A stretch of DNA of 64,000 bases from positions 41,168,001 through 41,232,000 of the forward strand of contig OX597818.1 of assembly GCA_951406725.2 (NCBI GenBank), read 5' to 3'. The stretch is from Octopus vulgaris. Lineage: Eukaryota. Within the stretch, counting starts at the first letter, position 1. Each line of letters starts with the position of its first letter. Shown piece after piece: positions 1 to 12,767 of this stretch. The translations under genes were made by a program, and so were the position numbers. The notes beneath the pieces are model-generated. The model did no database searches. It saw nothing but the letters and a program-made list of their open reading frames with translations, and had not been told where the DNA came from.

Positions 1-312
1 AATTTGAATTCAGAACGTAAAGATAGACAAAATACTGCTAAGCATTTCGCCCGACGAGATACCATTTCTGCCAGCTCGTGTTCTTACAATGTAAGCATTC
101 ATTTTAAAAATGTATTTTTAATTAATAATAAAAGTTAAACTTATCCTAATTTAACAGCCTATTAAAAATAACTTTATTAAATACTTAATTAAAAGAATTA
201 AATATACGAAAGGCAAAGTTGACCTCGGCGGAATTTGAATTCAGAACGTAAAGATAGACAAAATACTGGTAAGCATTTTGCCCGGCGCGTTGACGTTTCT
301 GCCAGCTCACCC
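1..312 (-). mobile_element. SINE family A, two tandem 5' fragments (1-78, 208-312)
   Basis: Both are reverse complements of the family A head, GAGCTGGCAGAAA...TTCTGAATTCAAATT, and both continue into similar flanking sequence (local duplication). Confidence 0.75.
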
Positions 313-1020
313 ACTTAGAATGTTAACAGTCATTTTAGAACTATATCATCAAAATGAATTTAAAAAGTAATTCTAATATTAAAGAATAATTCAAAACAAA
401 AATAGCTTTTCAGAATTTTTTAAGAACGTACTATAATAACAAGCCTAGTAAAAAGAGAGAGAGAGAATGAGAAGTGAAGAATAAGAGCAATTATAACAAC
501 AGATTAATTCAAATACGACAATTTCTTTGTTTGGAGCGTGAGTCCCTTACTTTCTTGCTGACTTATTTTACATTTCATGACATTTAACCTCATAAAACTT
601 TTTCTACAAATTTTTGTTGAATACGACTAACGATTCTGAAATCCTCATGCATTTTTCTATCATTTAAGCCTAAGAAAAATATGCCTTTATTTTAAAATTA
701 TAAAAATTTACGTTACTTGGAAATGAACACCTGCCTTACAGCTCCCATTTAGGCCTCACAAACTTTGATATAACTTTTTCTACTAAACCAAATCTCAAAC
801 TATTTATGCCAAAGTGTAGCTGGGGAGGTATCCTCTTAAAAACGTATTAACAGTTTGCAATTTAGTTCAGAACTGAATTAATGGTGAAGCTTGGAAGCTG
901 CTGCGATTAGCGAAATGGTGGACTTAAGAATACTTTCAGCCACTACCGTGGTTGAACGATGTATATGTATGTATACATATGTATGTGTGTATGTGTGTGT
1001 ATATGTATATTTATATATGT

Positions 1021-1061
<41 letters not shown>

Positions 1062-1405
1062 TGGCCGCCCTATACGGTCCGCGCATGCCACACAGCCACA
1101 TTATGATACTCTGCATATATCATCTAATATGTATGTCTCTAAAAAAGTATAACAATTCTGTTTGGATTTTTTCTTTCAACACGTTTTAATGCATGAACTA
1201 TTATGCATGCTTATTATATTTCTTTGTTATGTATTTTTCATTTTTGTATTTGATTTACAAGAGCATTGATGTATTGAAACATTTTGTTGCATCTCGGGAG
1301 GGTCATTATGTCAATAATAAACACCACAATGGTTCTATTTCACTTCTTTATTATTTATATGTCAATTGGTTGACTATTTAACCTATTAGCTAACCTATTG
1401 CTTGA

Positions 1406-1477
<72 letters not shown>

Positions 1478-1769
1478 TATATGCGTGTGTGTCTGTATGT
1501 ATGTACATGAATTAGTAGACAAACGAAAGATGGCACTCAACGCATTTATTGGGAGTTACAAATATAGATCAGAACAGTTCTCGCTGAAATACCAACACCA
1601 AACCGCTATACTGCGTGGCCTTTCTCGACAAATAGTAGGCTAACGTCCAGTAATAAACACTGACTCACTTCAATCGAACTCTCATTCGGACCCCAACGTC
1701 TGGAGACTAGCGACACGCTTGAAACTCAGAGTGCCAAGGTATCTGAATCAAACTGTTTTGATCTCTCTA

Positions 1770-1810
<41 letters not shown>

Positions 1811-1844
1811 ATATATACACATATATATATATACATATATATAT

Positions 1845-2238
1845 ACTCTTTTACTCTTTTACTTGTTTCAATCATTTGACAATGGCCATGCCCGAACACC
1901 GCCTTTAGTCGAGCAAATTGCCCTAGGACTTAGTCTTTGTAAGCCTAGTACTTATTCTATCGGTCTCTTATGCCGAACCGCTATGTTATGGGGACGTAAA
2001 CACACCAGCATCGGTGGTCAAGCGATGTTGGAGGGACAAACACAGACACACAAAACATACACATATATGCATATATACGATGGGCCTCTTACAGCTTCCA
2101 TCTACCAAATCCACTCACAAGGCTCTGGTCGGCCCGAGGCTATAGTAGAAGACACTTGCCCAAGGTGCCATGCAGTGGGACTGAACCCGGAACTATGTGG
2201 TTTGTAAGCAAGCTACTTACCACACAGCCACTCCTACT

Positions 2239-2294
<56 letters not shown>

Positions 2295-2450
2295 ATAAGC
2301 TTCTTTCAGTTTCCGTCAACTAAATCTACTCACAAGCATTCGGTCGGATCGAGGCTACTGTAAAAGACATTTGCAGAAGATGCCACACAATTGAATTGAA
2401 CACAAGGCCATGTAATTGATAAGCTAACTTCTTACCACAGAGCCACACTC
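1845..2450 (-). mobile_element. SINE family B (full copy 1845-2240, diverged head 2296-2450)
   Basis: Reverse complement of GGAGTGGCTGTGTGGTAAG...GGTTCAGTCCC...CCTTGGGCAAGTGTCTTC (CORE-like)...AAACAAGTAAAAGAG. Confidence 0.85.
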
Positions 2451-3192
2451 GCGTGTCTAACGCATAAGTTTTATTTCCGCTTATGCGTGTCGTGTCAGTA
2501 GAGATCTATATGTATGCAACTCGATGTCTTTTCCCGACGGGATCTGAACTCCGAAACCCATACGACGCTCCGTAAACTAAATACTGTAAACAACAAAATA
2601 ATATCTCATACCCCACCACCACCACCACCACCACTACCACCTCCAGCACCACTGCCACCACCACCATCAGCAACAATAACTGAAATTCCATTAGCTGGTG
2701 CAAAAACAAATATATATTCATCAATGCGTAAAATGAAAGCGAGAGCACAACATTGGATTAATGGCCATTTTGGTTTCAAATGACAGGCTATGTAGCAAGG
2801 GTGATTTATGGTGTTGTTTAAACAAATGTCTCCGCCTTCGGGACATGCCATCGGAGACGGCGCTATTCGAGTCCCGAAACTCTGTTACACCCTTAAAGAA
2901 CAGCATGCACTGCTGCAATGACTACTGCTGTTGCTGCTGCAACTAGAACTGCTACCACAACTGCTGCTGATGCTGCTGCTGTTGCTGCTGTTGGAGATAA
3001 TGATGATGATGATGATGATGGCGATGATGGCGATGACGCTACCACCATCACTACGAAAACTATTATCTCAGTATAACTAATACTGTTGTTGCAGCTAATA
3101 CTACTACTACTACTAATAATAATAATAATAATAATAATAATTATTATTATTATTATTATTATTATTATAATAATAATAATAATAATAATATA

Positions 3193-3232
<40 letters not shown>

Positions 3233-3388
3233 ATGCTGCTGCTGCTGTTGCTGCTAATAATTCTACAACTACTACCACTCTACTACTACCAATACAACTA
3301 CTATATTATTACTGCTGTTGCTCCTAACACTACTACTACTACCACCTCTGCTACTATTGCTAGTACCCATGCTACTACTACTACTACT

Positions 3389-3611
3389 ATTTATTTCTTT
3401 ATTGCCCACAGGGGATAAACATAGAGGGGACAAATAAGGACAGACAAAGGGTTTAAGTCGATTACATCGACCCCAGTGCGTAACTGGTACTTATTTAATC
3501 GACCGCGAAAGGATGAAAGGCAAAGTCGACCTCGGCAGAGTTTGAACTCAGAACGTAACGGCAGACGAAATATCGCTAAACATTTCGCCCGGCGTGCTAA
3601 CGTTTCTGCCT
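3389..3611 (-). mobile_element. SINE family A (tRNA-derived)
   Basis: It has the B-box GAGTTCAAA, the central GCCTTTCATCCTTTCGCGGTCGATTAAATAAGTACCAG block and the GTCGAT-N-ATCGAC hairpin. The family recurs many times in the window. Confidence 0.85.
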
Positions 3612-3619
3612 ACTATTAT

Positions 3620-4368
3620 TACAATAAAAAATCCCCCAACGTGCTTCATCTGTGGTATTCACTAAACAGAGAGTGGGAAGACCTGAAATTATTTTCTGCA
3701 CATATGTCTATGTGTCCACTCAGTGGAATCTGTCTGGTACAGGGGTCTCGTATTTGCAGTCAGTGAATGGTCAGTCTATTTCATAGAGTAAGTTTCGATT
3801 GACCTATGTGATCTTCATTGCAACCTTGACAATTGATATCGTATATTAAATTCCTTGAAGAACATGTAAAGTGATTTTTTACGGTAAAAATCTCTCCTGA
3901 TTTGAATTTGTATGTTGTGTCTTCAATAAGGTTGATGCAATTCCCGCAATTGGGACGATCACACTTTTTACTGTAGGTGTAGGAATTGTGGACGGTAATT
4001 TAGCACTTGGGAGGAATTTTTTCAGGGACTTTGATTGTCTTTTACTTTTGATTATTTTTTGTATTTTGAATGCTTGTTACATCCTTAGGTTTTGTTTGAG
4101 TAGTGGGATGTTCTGGTGGATAACATTGTAAACCTCCCTGTTTCTTGGGTTCTGTGTTGTAATAAACGGTAGAGTATCGGATGTATCTGGCGCGTTTTAC
4201 GTTTTTCGTAGTTCTTGGATATTCATTGCTTTGGAACGTTGTATTCCGTTGTCTACTAACATTGATGGACATTGCCTTTTACGTAGTATTTGTTTTAGTT
4301 CCTGGAGTCTTTTATTACGAGTTTCAGGGTTTGAGACAATTGTGTAGATTCCTCTTGCTAGATTAAAG
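3620..4368 (-). mobile_element. Degenerate Penelope-like retroelement 3' ORF fragment (RT C-terminus, Cys-rich linker, GIY-YIG endonuclease; Neptune-like)
   Basis: The minus strand reads FNLARGIYTIVSNPETRNKRLQELKQILRKRQCPSMLVDNGIQRSK and, further on, KCDRPNCGNCINL...NHFTCSSRNLIYDINCQGCNEDHIGQSKLTL*NRLTIH*. This shows a CxxxxCxxC linker plus LIY...HIG (GIY-YIG), with stops and frameshifts. Confidence 0.85.
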
Positions 4369-4986
4369 CTCCAAAACCGGCAATGTTGTCTGTTGACGAA
4401 CCTATACAAATAAAAGTAAGCTGCATCAGACATGATCAGTTTTTGTCTAAAATTTGCGTCATTTCGTACCAATTCCTGGATTCTGACAGCATATTGGAGC
4501 CTGTGTTTATAGTCCTGGGGCTTCAGCTGTTGAACCAACTGTACCTTTTATGGAAAAAGGTTAAGACTGCAGAGAACTCTTTGTAGCGAATTTTGTGCAA
4601 TCCCATGCTGTTTCGACCGTCTTGGAGTCGATGTGCTCGGATTCTGTTCAATACCCTCTCGTACTCGTTCTATTGCCCCAACAGATCTGACAGTGCGAGG
4701 TCTCGCAGATCGTGGGAGATAACTTTCTGCCCCTTGTTTTTCAAAACGATGAACTAAGTTCTTAATTGTGCTTTCACTTAGGGCATCTCTCATTTGAAAG
4801 TTCAAATGATATGCTTTGTGTTTGAATAACTGACCCCTGAGTTTGATAGAACAATTTCACCACTAGGGTGCGTTGTGCGAGGCCATGTTTTTCCATATTT
4901 AATTTCCATAAAATCCCTGAAAAGTAAAAGAAATAAAAGAACAACTAAAAACTGCAATCCGTCAGTGACTTTTGGGTCACCCTGTA
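4369..4986 (-). mobile_element. 5' half of a Tc1/mariner DNA transposon (rosa/DD41D-like), decayed
   Basis: The end reads TA|CAGGGTGACCCAAAAGTC on the minus strand (TA at 4985-4986). The peptides are ...STIKNLVHRFEKQG...RSARPRTVRS...STSTPRRSKQHGIAQNSLQRVL and VQQLKPQDYKHRLQYA...LIMSDAAYFYLYRFVNRQHCRFW, which resemble the SDEAHFxLxGxVNKQNCRxW motif. The 3' half is absent. Confidence 0.85.
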
Positions 4987-5049
<63 letters not shown>

Positions 5050-5371
5050 ATTATGTGGTAGCATAGCTGTATATGATGATACTGTACGCATTGATATATT
5101 TGTATTATTGAGCATAAATATCTACTGTCATGAAGACAAGCAGAATGTGTGTAAACACATACACTCATATTACATTTACAGACACACGCACATGTATGCA
5201 CACACAGCATATGAATATGTATGTACATACATATGTATCTATGTATGTGTGTATGTATGTATGTATGTATGTATGTACTTTAGGTATGTTTATTCAATGA
5301 TTATCGATACACATAGATACATAAATGCAAGAGATATCAAAATATAGAGGCAGAGAGAATATATGCGAGTA

Positions 5372-5638
5372 TGTATGCATGTATGCAATGCACGTATGTA
5401 TGTATGTATGTATGTATGTATGCATGCATGTATGCATGTATGTATGTATGTATGCATGTATGTATGTATGTATGTATGCATGTATGCAATGCACGTATGT
5501 ATGTATGTATGCATGCATGTATGCATGTATGTATGTATGCATGTATGTATGTATGTATGCATGTATGCATGCATGTATGTATGTATGTATGTATGTATGT
5601 ATGTATGTATGCATGTATGTATGTTTGTATGTATGTAT
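5372..5638. repeat. (TATG)n/(CATG) compound microsatellite
   Basis: Direct inspection. Confidence 0.95.
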
Positions 5639-5890
5639 ATTCTGTAGGCTGATCGCATGAATTATATTGTAGATTTATATTATATCTAACCGTCAGTTTG
5701 CCAACTATTTGATATCGTTTGTGCCAGCGTTCTATATATATATATATATATATATATTCCTTCTTTGTTTTACTTTCATGCCTCCCATCTTTCCTTCTTT
5801 TCGTTGTTTCTTTCGGTCTCCTTCTGTTTCATTATTTCTTTGCCTCGTTCTTGTCTACATATGCAACTTATTTGTGCATGCTTATATATA

Positions 5891-5946
<56 letters not shown>

Positions 5947-6632
5947 TGTCATTCTCTCTATGTATACGTATACATACATACATGCATAGATACATACATA
6001 TACAATATATATATATATACGTATATATATAGCCATAGAAACACATACTTATAACATAAAATGTATGTGTATGTATGTGCGTGTGTATGTATGTGCGTGT
6101 GTATGTATGTGCGTGTGCATATATATATTCTAGGTATCTATGTATATTTATACAGGAACACAAGCGGTCATGGAAAAGAGAGAGGCAGAAAGAGTCAGAA
6201 AGATAACAGAAAGAGACAAACGTGCGCATGTGCACAGAACCATAAAAAAATCATAAAAGTCAACATTCGATCAGACTCACATATATAGAAATTTTGATTG
6301 TTATTTTATCATCCATGACCTGACCACCTTTCGACCGTTTTGTTCCTTTCTCATTCTCTTCCACTGCCACCCTATCTCATCCTACTTCTCTTCTTTCTCT
6401 CATTCTTCCTCTCCTCCTTCGTCTTCCTCCTCCTCCTCCTTCTCTTCCTACTACTACTACTACTACTATTACTAGTCTGCTATTTGTTTTATATCCATAC
6501 GTACATGCGGTCTTAACAGAGACCTTCCTTGCCTAATATATATGCAGCTCCGGCATAGATTGACAGACAGATAGATACAGAGAGAGAAAGACGGAGACAG
6601 AGAGAGAGAGAGATTGACTATTGGATAGATAT

Positions 6633-7798
6633 GTTTCTTTATTAGCCACACAGGGCTGCACACAGATAGAACAAATTACAAGGTAGAGCTTTTCTTTTGA
6701 AGGGTAAAAAAAAAAAAAAAAAAAGGAAGGGGGAGTTTCGATCAAAAGGGATCGTAAAAGGAGAGAAAGAGGACAAAAAAGGGGGGTTAAAAAAAAGGGG
6801 GAGAGGAAAAAAAATTGATCAATAGGGATCGTTATCACAGAAATGTCAATATGAAGTGTAAAGGGGAGGACAGGTGAGGTTTACCCGTGGAAAGAAAAGC
6901 CTACGGAAAAGACCACGGTAACCTCGGTCAATGAAGTCACATTTTATATTTCTTTTTTTTTTTTTTTTCTTGCAAATAAGCAACTCTCTGTTTTCGATTT
7001 CTGGGTTCATAGGACTATGCTCAAGGTGGCTTCGTCATTCATACGTGCCATTCTTGCTACATTCACCCATCTTTTTTTAAAACATTCGCTAGACAAAACT
7101 TGCCTCTCTACTCTCACTTTCCTTTTCAAGTGGTACTTGAAGAAGTTGATGAGAGATTGACCAGAGAGGAAAGTGTTTGTCTCCAATCCTTTCAGACGCG
7201 TCCACCAGATACATTCTTTCGCCATAGCCACAAGGATGATGAAAATAGCTCTTCCTTCCCGTTTGAAGGAAGGAGGCGTGACAATATTGACGATAGACTC
7301 AGCTGATAAACCGACTCGTCCCACACGTGACAGCAGTTGTTCGACATAAGCCCACAGGTCGGAAATTGTTGGACACTGAACGAGTGCGTGCAGAACGGTT
7401 TCGTCGCTCTGACCGCATCTCGGGCAGGTCGGCCCCGTGTTTCTCGAGCCGTGTCTGTAGAGCTTATCCCGAACGGGTAGCGCTTCTCGGTAGCACTGCC
7501 AGGCCAGGGATCTCTGGAAGTTGTCCATGGGCCCTGGCCCGAAAGTCGTCCTGAACAGGCGGGTCAGGTACTCCTCGTCGACGTCCAGGTTCGCCCCGAG
7601 CTCGTCGTCGTACCTCCCCTCCACTAAACCCCTATAGAATGCTTTGGTTGTGTTGAAGTCACTTAAGGTCGACCCAGGACGGCAGAGTTGCTTGAGAGCA
7701 ACGCGACACTCGCGGTGCCATTCGCCTTTCCTCGGCCTCTTTTTGATCCACGACTGCAGTTCGGTCATGGAGACGAGCTGCGGGAAAGCGTGCCTCAC
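6633..7798 (-). mobile_element. 5'-truncated Tx1/L1-clade non-LTR retrotransposon (ORF2 C-terminus with zinc knuckle, plus 3' UTR)
   Basis: An uninterrupted GC-rich frame runs 7798-7007 (263 codons) and contains [11 protein letters not shown]...[19 protein letters not shown] (zf-RVT, CX2C..H..C). A pyrimidine-rich 3' UTR follows, with AATAAA at 6643-6638. The 5' end abuts a (GATA)n array. Confidence 0.9.
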
Positions 7799-8297
<499 letters not shown>

Positions 8298-9477
8298 GGG
8301 AGGGAGAGAGAGATTATTTGACACGCAGATATGTAGGTCGGAAAGTAAGTAGATAGATACAAACATGCATACATACATACGTGCGTACATAAGTACATAC
8401 ACCCATACATTCATTATTAGACAGGCAGATAAACAGACAGACTGGCAATCAGACAGACTGGGCACTGTGTTTATTTGTTCATTCAACTGTTCATTTGTTA
8501 GTTTTCTCAACTGCCCCGGGGAGTGGCTGGGTGGTGTTGCTACAAAGAGCAAATAGCATAATCTATTATAGCACTCTATGCCTATGTGAGTATGTCACTC
8601 TGAGTGCATGTGTTCGTATTATGCGAGTGTGTGTGTGTGTATGTGTGTTTGTTTTAGCTGACATCCAGTGTAAATATAACTAAAGTGAATCAACGCGTTT
8701 TCGTGTCTGCTGACATAATAATCAATATTTATGAATGATTCGGGTTGAAATTGTTTGAGGGTTTTATATTTTGCTTCGTTTTTTTTGTTTTTTTTTGTTT
8801 TTTTTTTACCATGAGGGCGCCTGAATGGGCATAGTTAGTGTGCTGAGCGGTAGCCAACCCACGTGTTTGCATTTCGGCAAAAATCTAGCGTGAACAAAAT
8901 TAATTACCATTAGCTGATGTGTAGCCCACAGTTGCGTGAATTGTTTTAGTGAAGGTCCGTGATTCAACTCCTTTTATGTGTTTCACGAACATTTGAGGTC
9001 AAAGCAGGGTTCGTGTAGTTAATGTCTTTTCCGAAACATGGCTAAACAATGAATTTAATATAAAAACCAAACTGTGTCTATTATTTCGATTCCTGACGTG
9101 AATGCATTACTTCGGTCATTGGTTAATAGACATCGAAGGGAATCGTACAGAGTCTATTGTGGGGTTGAGGTTGTAAGTAAACTAGTCTATTTACTGGTAC
9201 CACAATTTTCCCCGGGATTACGGATAGTACTGAACAACATTTATTTTCAAATAGAGTTAAAAGGTCAAACGATCTCGAAATGCTTTCTATCTAAATGAAC
9301 AGTAGTGAAACCAAGACAATACTCCCGCCTACATAGAAGCATATACTTATTCAAATACAATAAAACAAAACGCATACATATTCACATAATAGGAATATAA
9401 ATACACATACATGTAAATGCACGTGCAATAATACATACACATATTTACCTATAGGCACATACACATACACACAGGTA

Positions 9478-9514
<37 letters not shown>

Positions 9515-9519
9515 CACAT

Positions 9520-9627
9520 ACATGGTTCCGGGTTCAGTCCTACTGCGTGGCATCTTGGGCAAGTGTCTTCTACTGTAGCCTCGGGCCAACTAAAGCCTTG
9601 TGAGTGGAAACTCAAAGAAGCCCGTCG

Positions 9628-9726
<99 letters not shown>

Positions 9727-9765
9727 AAATCAAATTGCGATAAAATAAAAATAATTATTTTCGCT

Positions 9766-9802
<37 letters not shown>

Positions 9803-10035
9803 GTATATCTATAAATGTGTGTGTATGTGTGTGTGTCTGTGTTTGTCCCCCTAGCATTGCTTGACAACCGATGCTGGGGTGTTTACGTCCATGTCACTTA
9901 CCAGTTCGGCAAAAGAGACCGATAGAATAAGTACTGGGCTTTCAAAGAATAAGTCCCGGAGTCGATTTGCTCGACTAAATGGGGTGCTCCAGCATGGCCG
10001 CAGTCAAATGACTGAAACAAGTAAAAGAGTCAAAG
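9520..10035 (+). mobile_element. SINE family B with an expanded internal (TA)n region
   Basis: Head and tail halves of family B are separated by (TA)n, a short unique spacer and (TG)n. Confidence 0.8.
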
Positions 10036-10306
10036 AATACATTACTGTACAGACACACGCTATTATATACGTAGTAAATCATATACAGACAAATATCTAT
10101 GTAAGCGCATTCAGCTGCCACACACTCATATAAACAAGATTACGTATATCGACCTATTGTTGCGAGCACCTTTTATCGGAGATATGATAGTGTAGAACTA
10201 ATATGCAGTTAAACGACAACAGAAACTGTCCAGAAAATTTTACAAATGTTGCAGCCTCGGCGCAGGCTTGTGTATCATCAGTGACCTATTCCCTCATCTG
10301 TACTGA

Positions 10307-10693
10307 TAGTGGAGGCTCAATGGCCCAGTGGTTAGGGCAGCGGACTCGCGGTCATAGGATCGCGGTTTCGATTCCCAGACCGGGCGTTGTGAGTGTTTAT
10401 TGAGCGAAAACACCTAAAAGCTCCACGAGGCTCCGGCAGGGGATGGTGGTGATCCCTGCTGTACTCTTTCACCACAACTTTCTCTCACTCTTACTTCCTG
10501 TTTCTGTTGTACCTGTATTTCAAGGGGCTGGCCTTGTCACTCTCTGTGTCACGCTGAATATCCCCGAGAACTACGTTAAGGGTGCACGTGTCTGTAGAGT
10601 GCTCAGCCACTTACACGTTAATTTCACGAGTAGGCTGTTCCGTTGATTCGGATCAACCGGAACCCTCATCGTCGTAACCGACGGAGTGCTTCC
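10307..10693 (+). mobile_element. tRNA-derived SINE family C, full length with 12-bp TSD
   Basis: Has the A-box TGGCCCAGTGG and B-box GGTTTCGATTCCC. It is flanked by CATCTGTACTGA at 10295-10306 and 10694-10705. Confidence 0.9.
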
Positions 10694-11004
10694 CATCTGT
10701 ACTGAGCTTTCACAGCGATGGACCTCGAGGCAAAGCAAAACAACTTGCTCTATAAGACCAAACATTTAAACCTCATCAGGTGTTCTCGGGGATAAGGCAC
10801 GCTGATCCTCAAGTACAAGTACATGGCTTTATATTAGCAGTATCATTACAACCAGAGTTATTGATAAATCAGAAGGATTTGAAGATTATTCTTGCAGATT
10901 AATTTCATATTGGGTATGGCTTGGTGTCATCAGCCCTCAGTACATTATTTTGATATTTTTGGATAGCTATATTGAGAGAGTAACATGAACAGACGGACAA
11001 ACAG

Positions 11005-11276
11005 GCATAAGAGCCGGTTTCCCGGTTTCCTTGGCGTATAGGTTCCCCGCCTGGACGGAACCCCGGTCCGTCTCAGGTGAGCTGCAAGATGCAGGAGGAA
11101 AGAGTGAGAGAAAGTTGTAGCGAAAGAGTCAGCAGAAGTTTCGCCATTACCTTCTGCCGGAGCCCCGTGGAGCTTCGGTGTTTCGCTCATAAACACACAC
11201 ATCGCCCGGTCTGAGATTCGAACCCGCGATCCCTCGGCCGCGAGTCCGCTGCTGTAACCACTAGGCCATGAGCCTC
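11005..11276 (-). mobile_element. SINE family D (family C head, different tail)
   Basis: The head TGGCCTAGTGG...GGTTCGAATCTC and the body are shared with family C up to ACTTTCTCTCACTCTT, after which an unrelated tail follows. Confidence 0.85.
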
Positions 11277-12051
11277 AAAATATATATATGTGTGTGTATG
11301 TGTGTGTGTGAGAGAGAGAGAGAGAGAGTGTGTGTGTGTGTAATTCAAATTTATAGAAAAACAAAGACGAAAACAGGTGTAGGAACAACAAGCGAGTGTA
11401 TTAGTTTGACTCTCGGGAAAAATGAAAAAGTCTTTTATGTTTTGAGCCTATGCTCTTCGACAGAAAGGAATATAGAGAGAAAATGACAAAAAACGTATTG
11501 AATTCAATGGTCTCTCTCTCTCTCTCTTTATATATATATATATATACATACATATATATACGCACATAAATACCACTACATACATATATACATATGTACA
11601 TACATACGTACGTACATACATACATACATACATACATACATACATACATACATACATACATACATACATACATACATACATACATACATACACTTGTCAT
11701 CCGGATTCTCTATTTACATGCGATATCTTTGAGAAGCCGTCATTTACCGACGTGAGTTATGTTGAAGTTTATAGGTAGAGGGGAAGAGTGTGACGTAGAG
11801 TTAGGCTTCAGAGGTCAGGGGTGAAGGTGAAGTCTGAACTGAGTGATGGAAGAGGGCAGGCCATAAAAGTAGTAAAATGTTGTATTAGGAATGGCGGTGG
11901 TGAGGCTCTTATTTCTGTTTCTGGTAATGTCTCTTGATGATGATGATGATGATGATCATCATCATCATCATCATCATCATCATCTTCATCATCGTCGTCG
12001 TCGTCGTCGTTGTCGTCATCGTCTTCGTTGTCGTCATCGTCTTCGTCGTCG

Positions 12052-12105
<54 letters not shown>

Positions 12106-12314
12106 ACATCATGGTGATGATGTCGTTCTATTCGTCTCTTCCTGTGAGCTGCAGAATCAACTAAGTGGTAAGCAAAATGCCTTTCTGCTGTAGGAAGAAG
12201 GCTTGAAATTTCGGTGGGAGAGAACTAGTCAATTACATAGACCCTAGTGCTCAACTGGTACTTTATTTTATCGACCCCTAAGCTATGATAAGTAAGGCTT
12301 ACCTCTTGGTGTTT

Positions 12315-12429
12315 GGACTCCGGGTCCAGTCCCACTGCCTGGCACCTTGAAAAAATGTTTTCTACTCTAGTCTCAGGCTGACCAAAGCCTTGTGAGTGAA
12401 CTTGGTAGACGGAAACTGAAAGAAGCCTG

Positions 12430-12495
<66 letters not shown>

Positions 12496-12695
12496 ACCCC
12501 ACCACCACCGCTTGGCAAGCGACGTTGGTGTGTTTACATCCTCGTAACTTAACTGTTCGGCAAAAGAGACCGATAAAGTAAGTACTAGGCTTACAAAGAA
12601 TAAGTCCTTGGGTCGATTTCCTCCACTAAAAAAAACCCTTCTATGGCGATGCTCCAGCATGGCTGCAGTCAAATGATTGAGACAAATAAAAGAAT
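12315..12695 (+). mobile_element. SINE family B
   Basis: Colinear with 56758-57160, with an internal (TG)n. Confidence 0.8.
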
Positions 12696-12767
12696 AAACG
12701 AACAAGAATAAACAAGTAAAGGAATAAACATGTACAAGAATAAATCATCTTATCTACCTTTAAGCTA

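Noticed and set aside
2514-2783. Proline-rich 89-aa ORF
   Set aside because: The poly-Pro comes from a (CCA)n tract, there is no recognisable family, and splice signals are unconvincing.
4197-4538. 113-aa ORF taken as a domesticated fusion gene
   Set aside because: It is a chance in-frame join of two decayed TEs, surrounded by stops and frameshifts.
10309-10385. tRNA-like sequences (also at about 11205-11276 and 53340-53415)
   Set aside because: They are SINE heads that continue into repeat bodies, two with TSDs, and no complete cloverleaf acceptor stem is evident.
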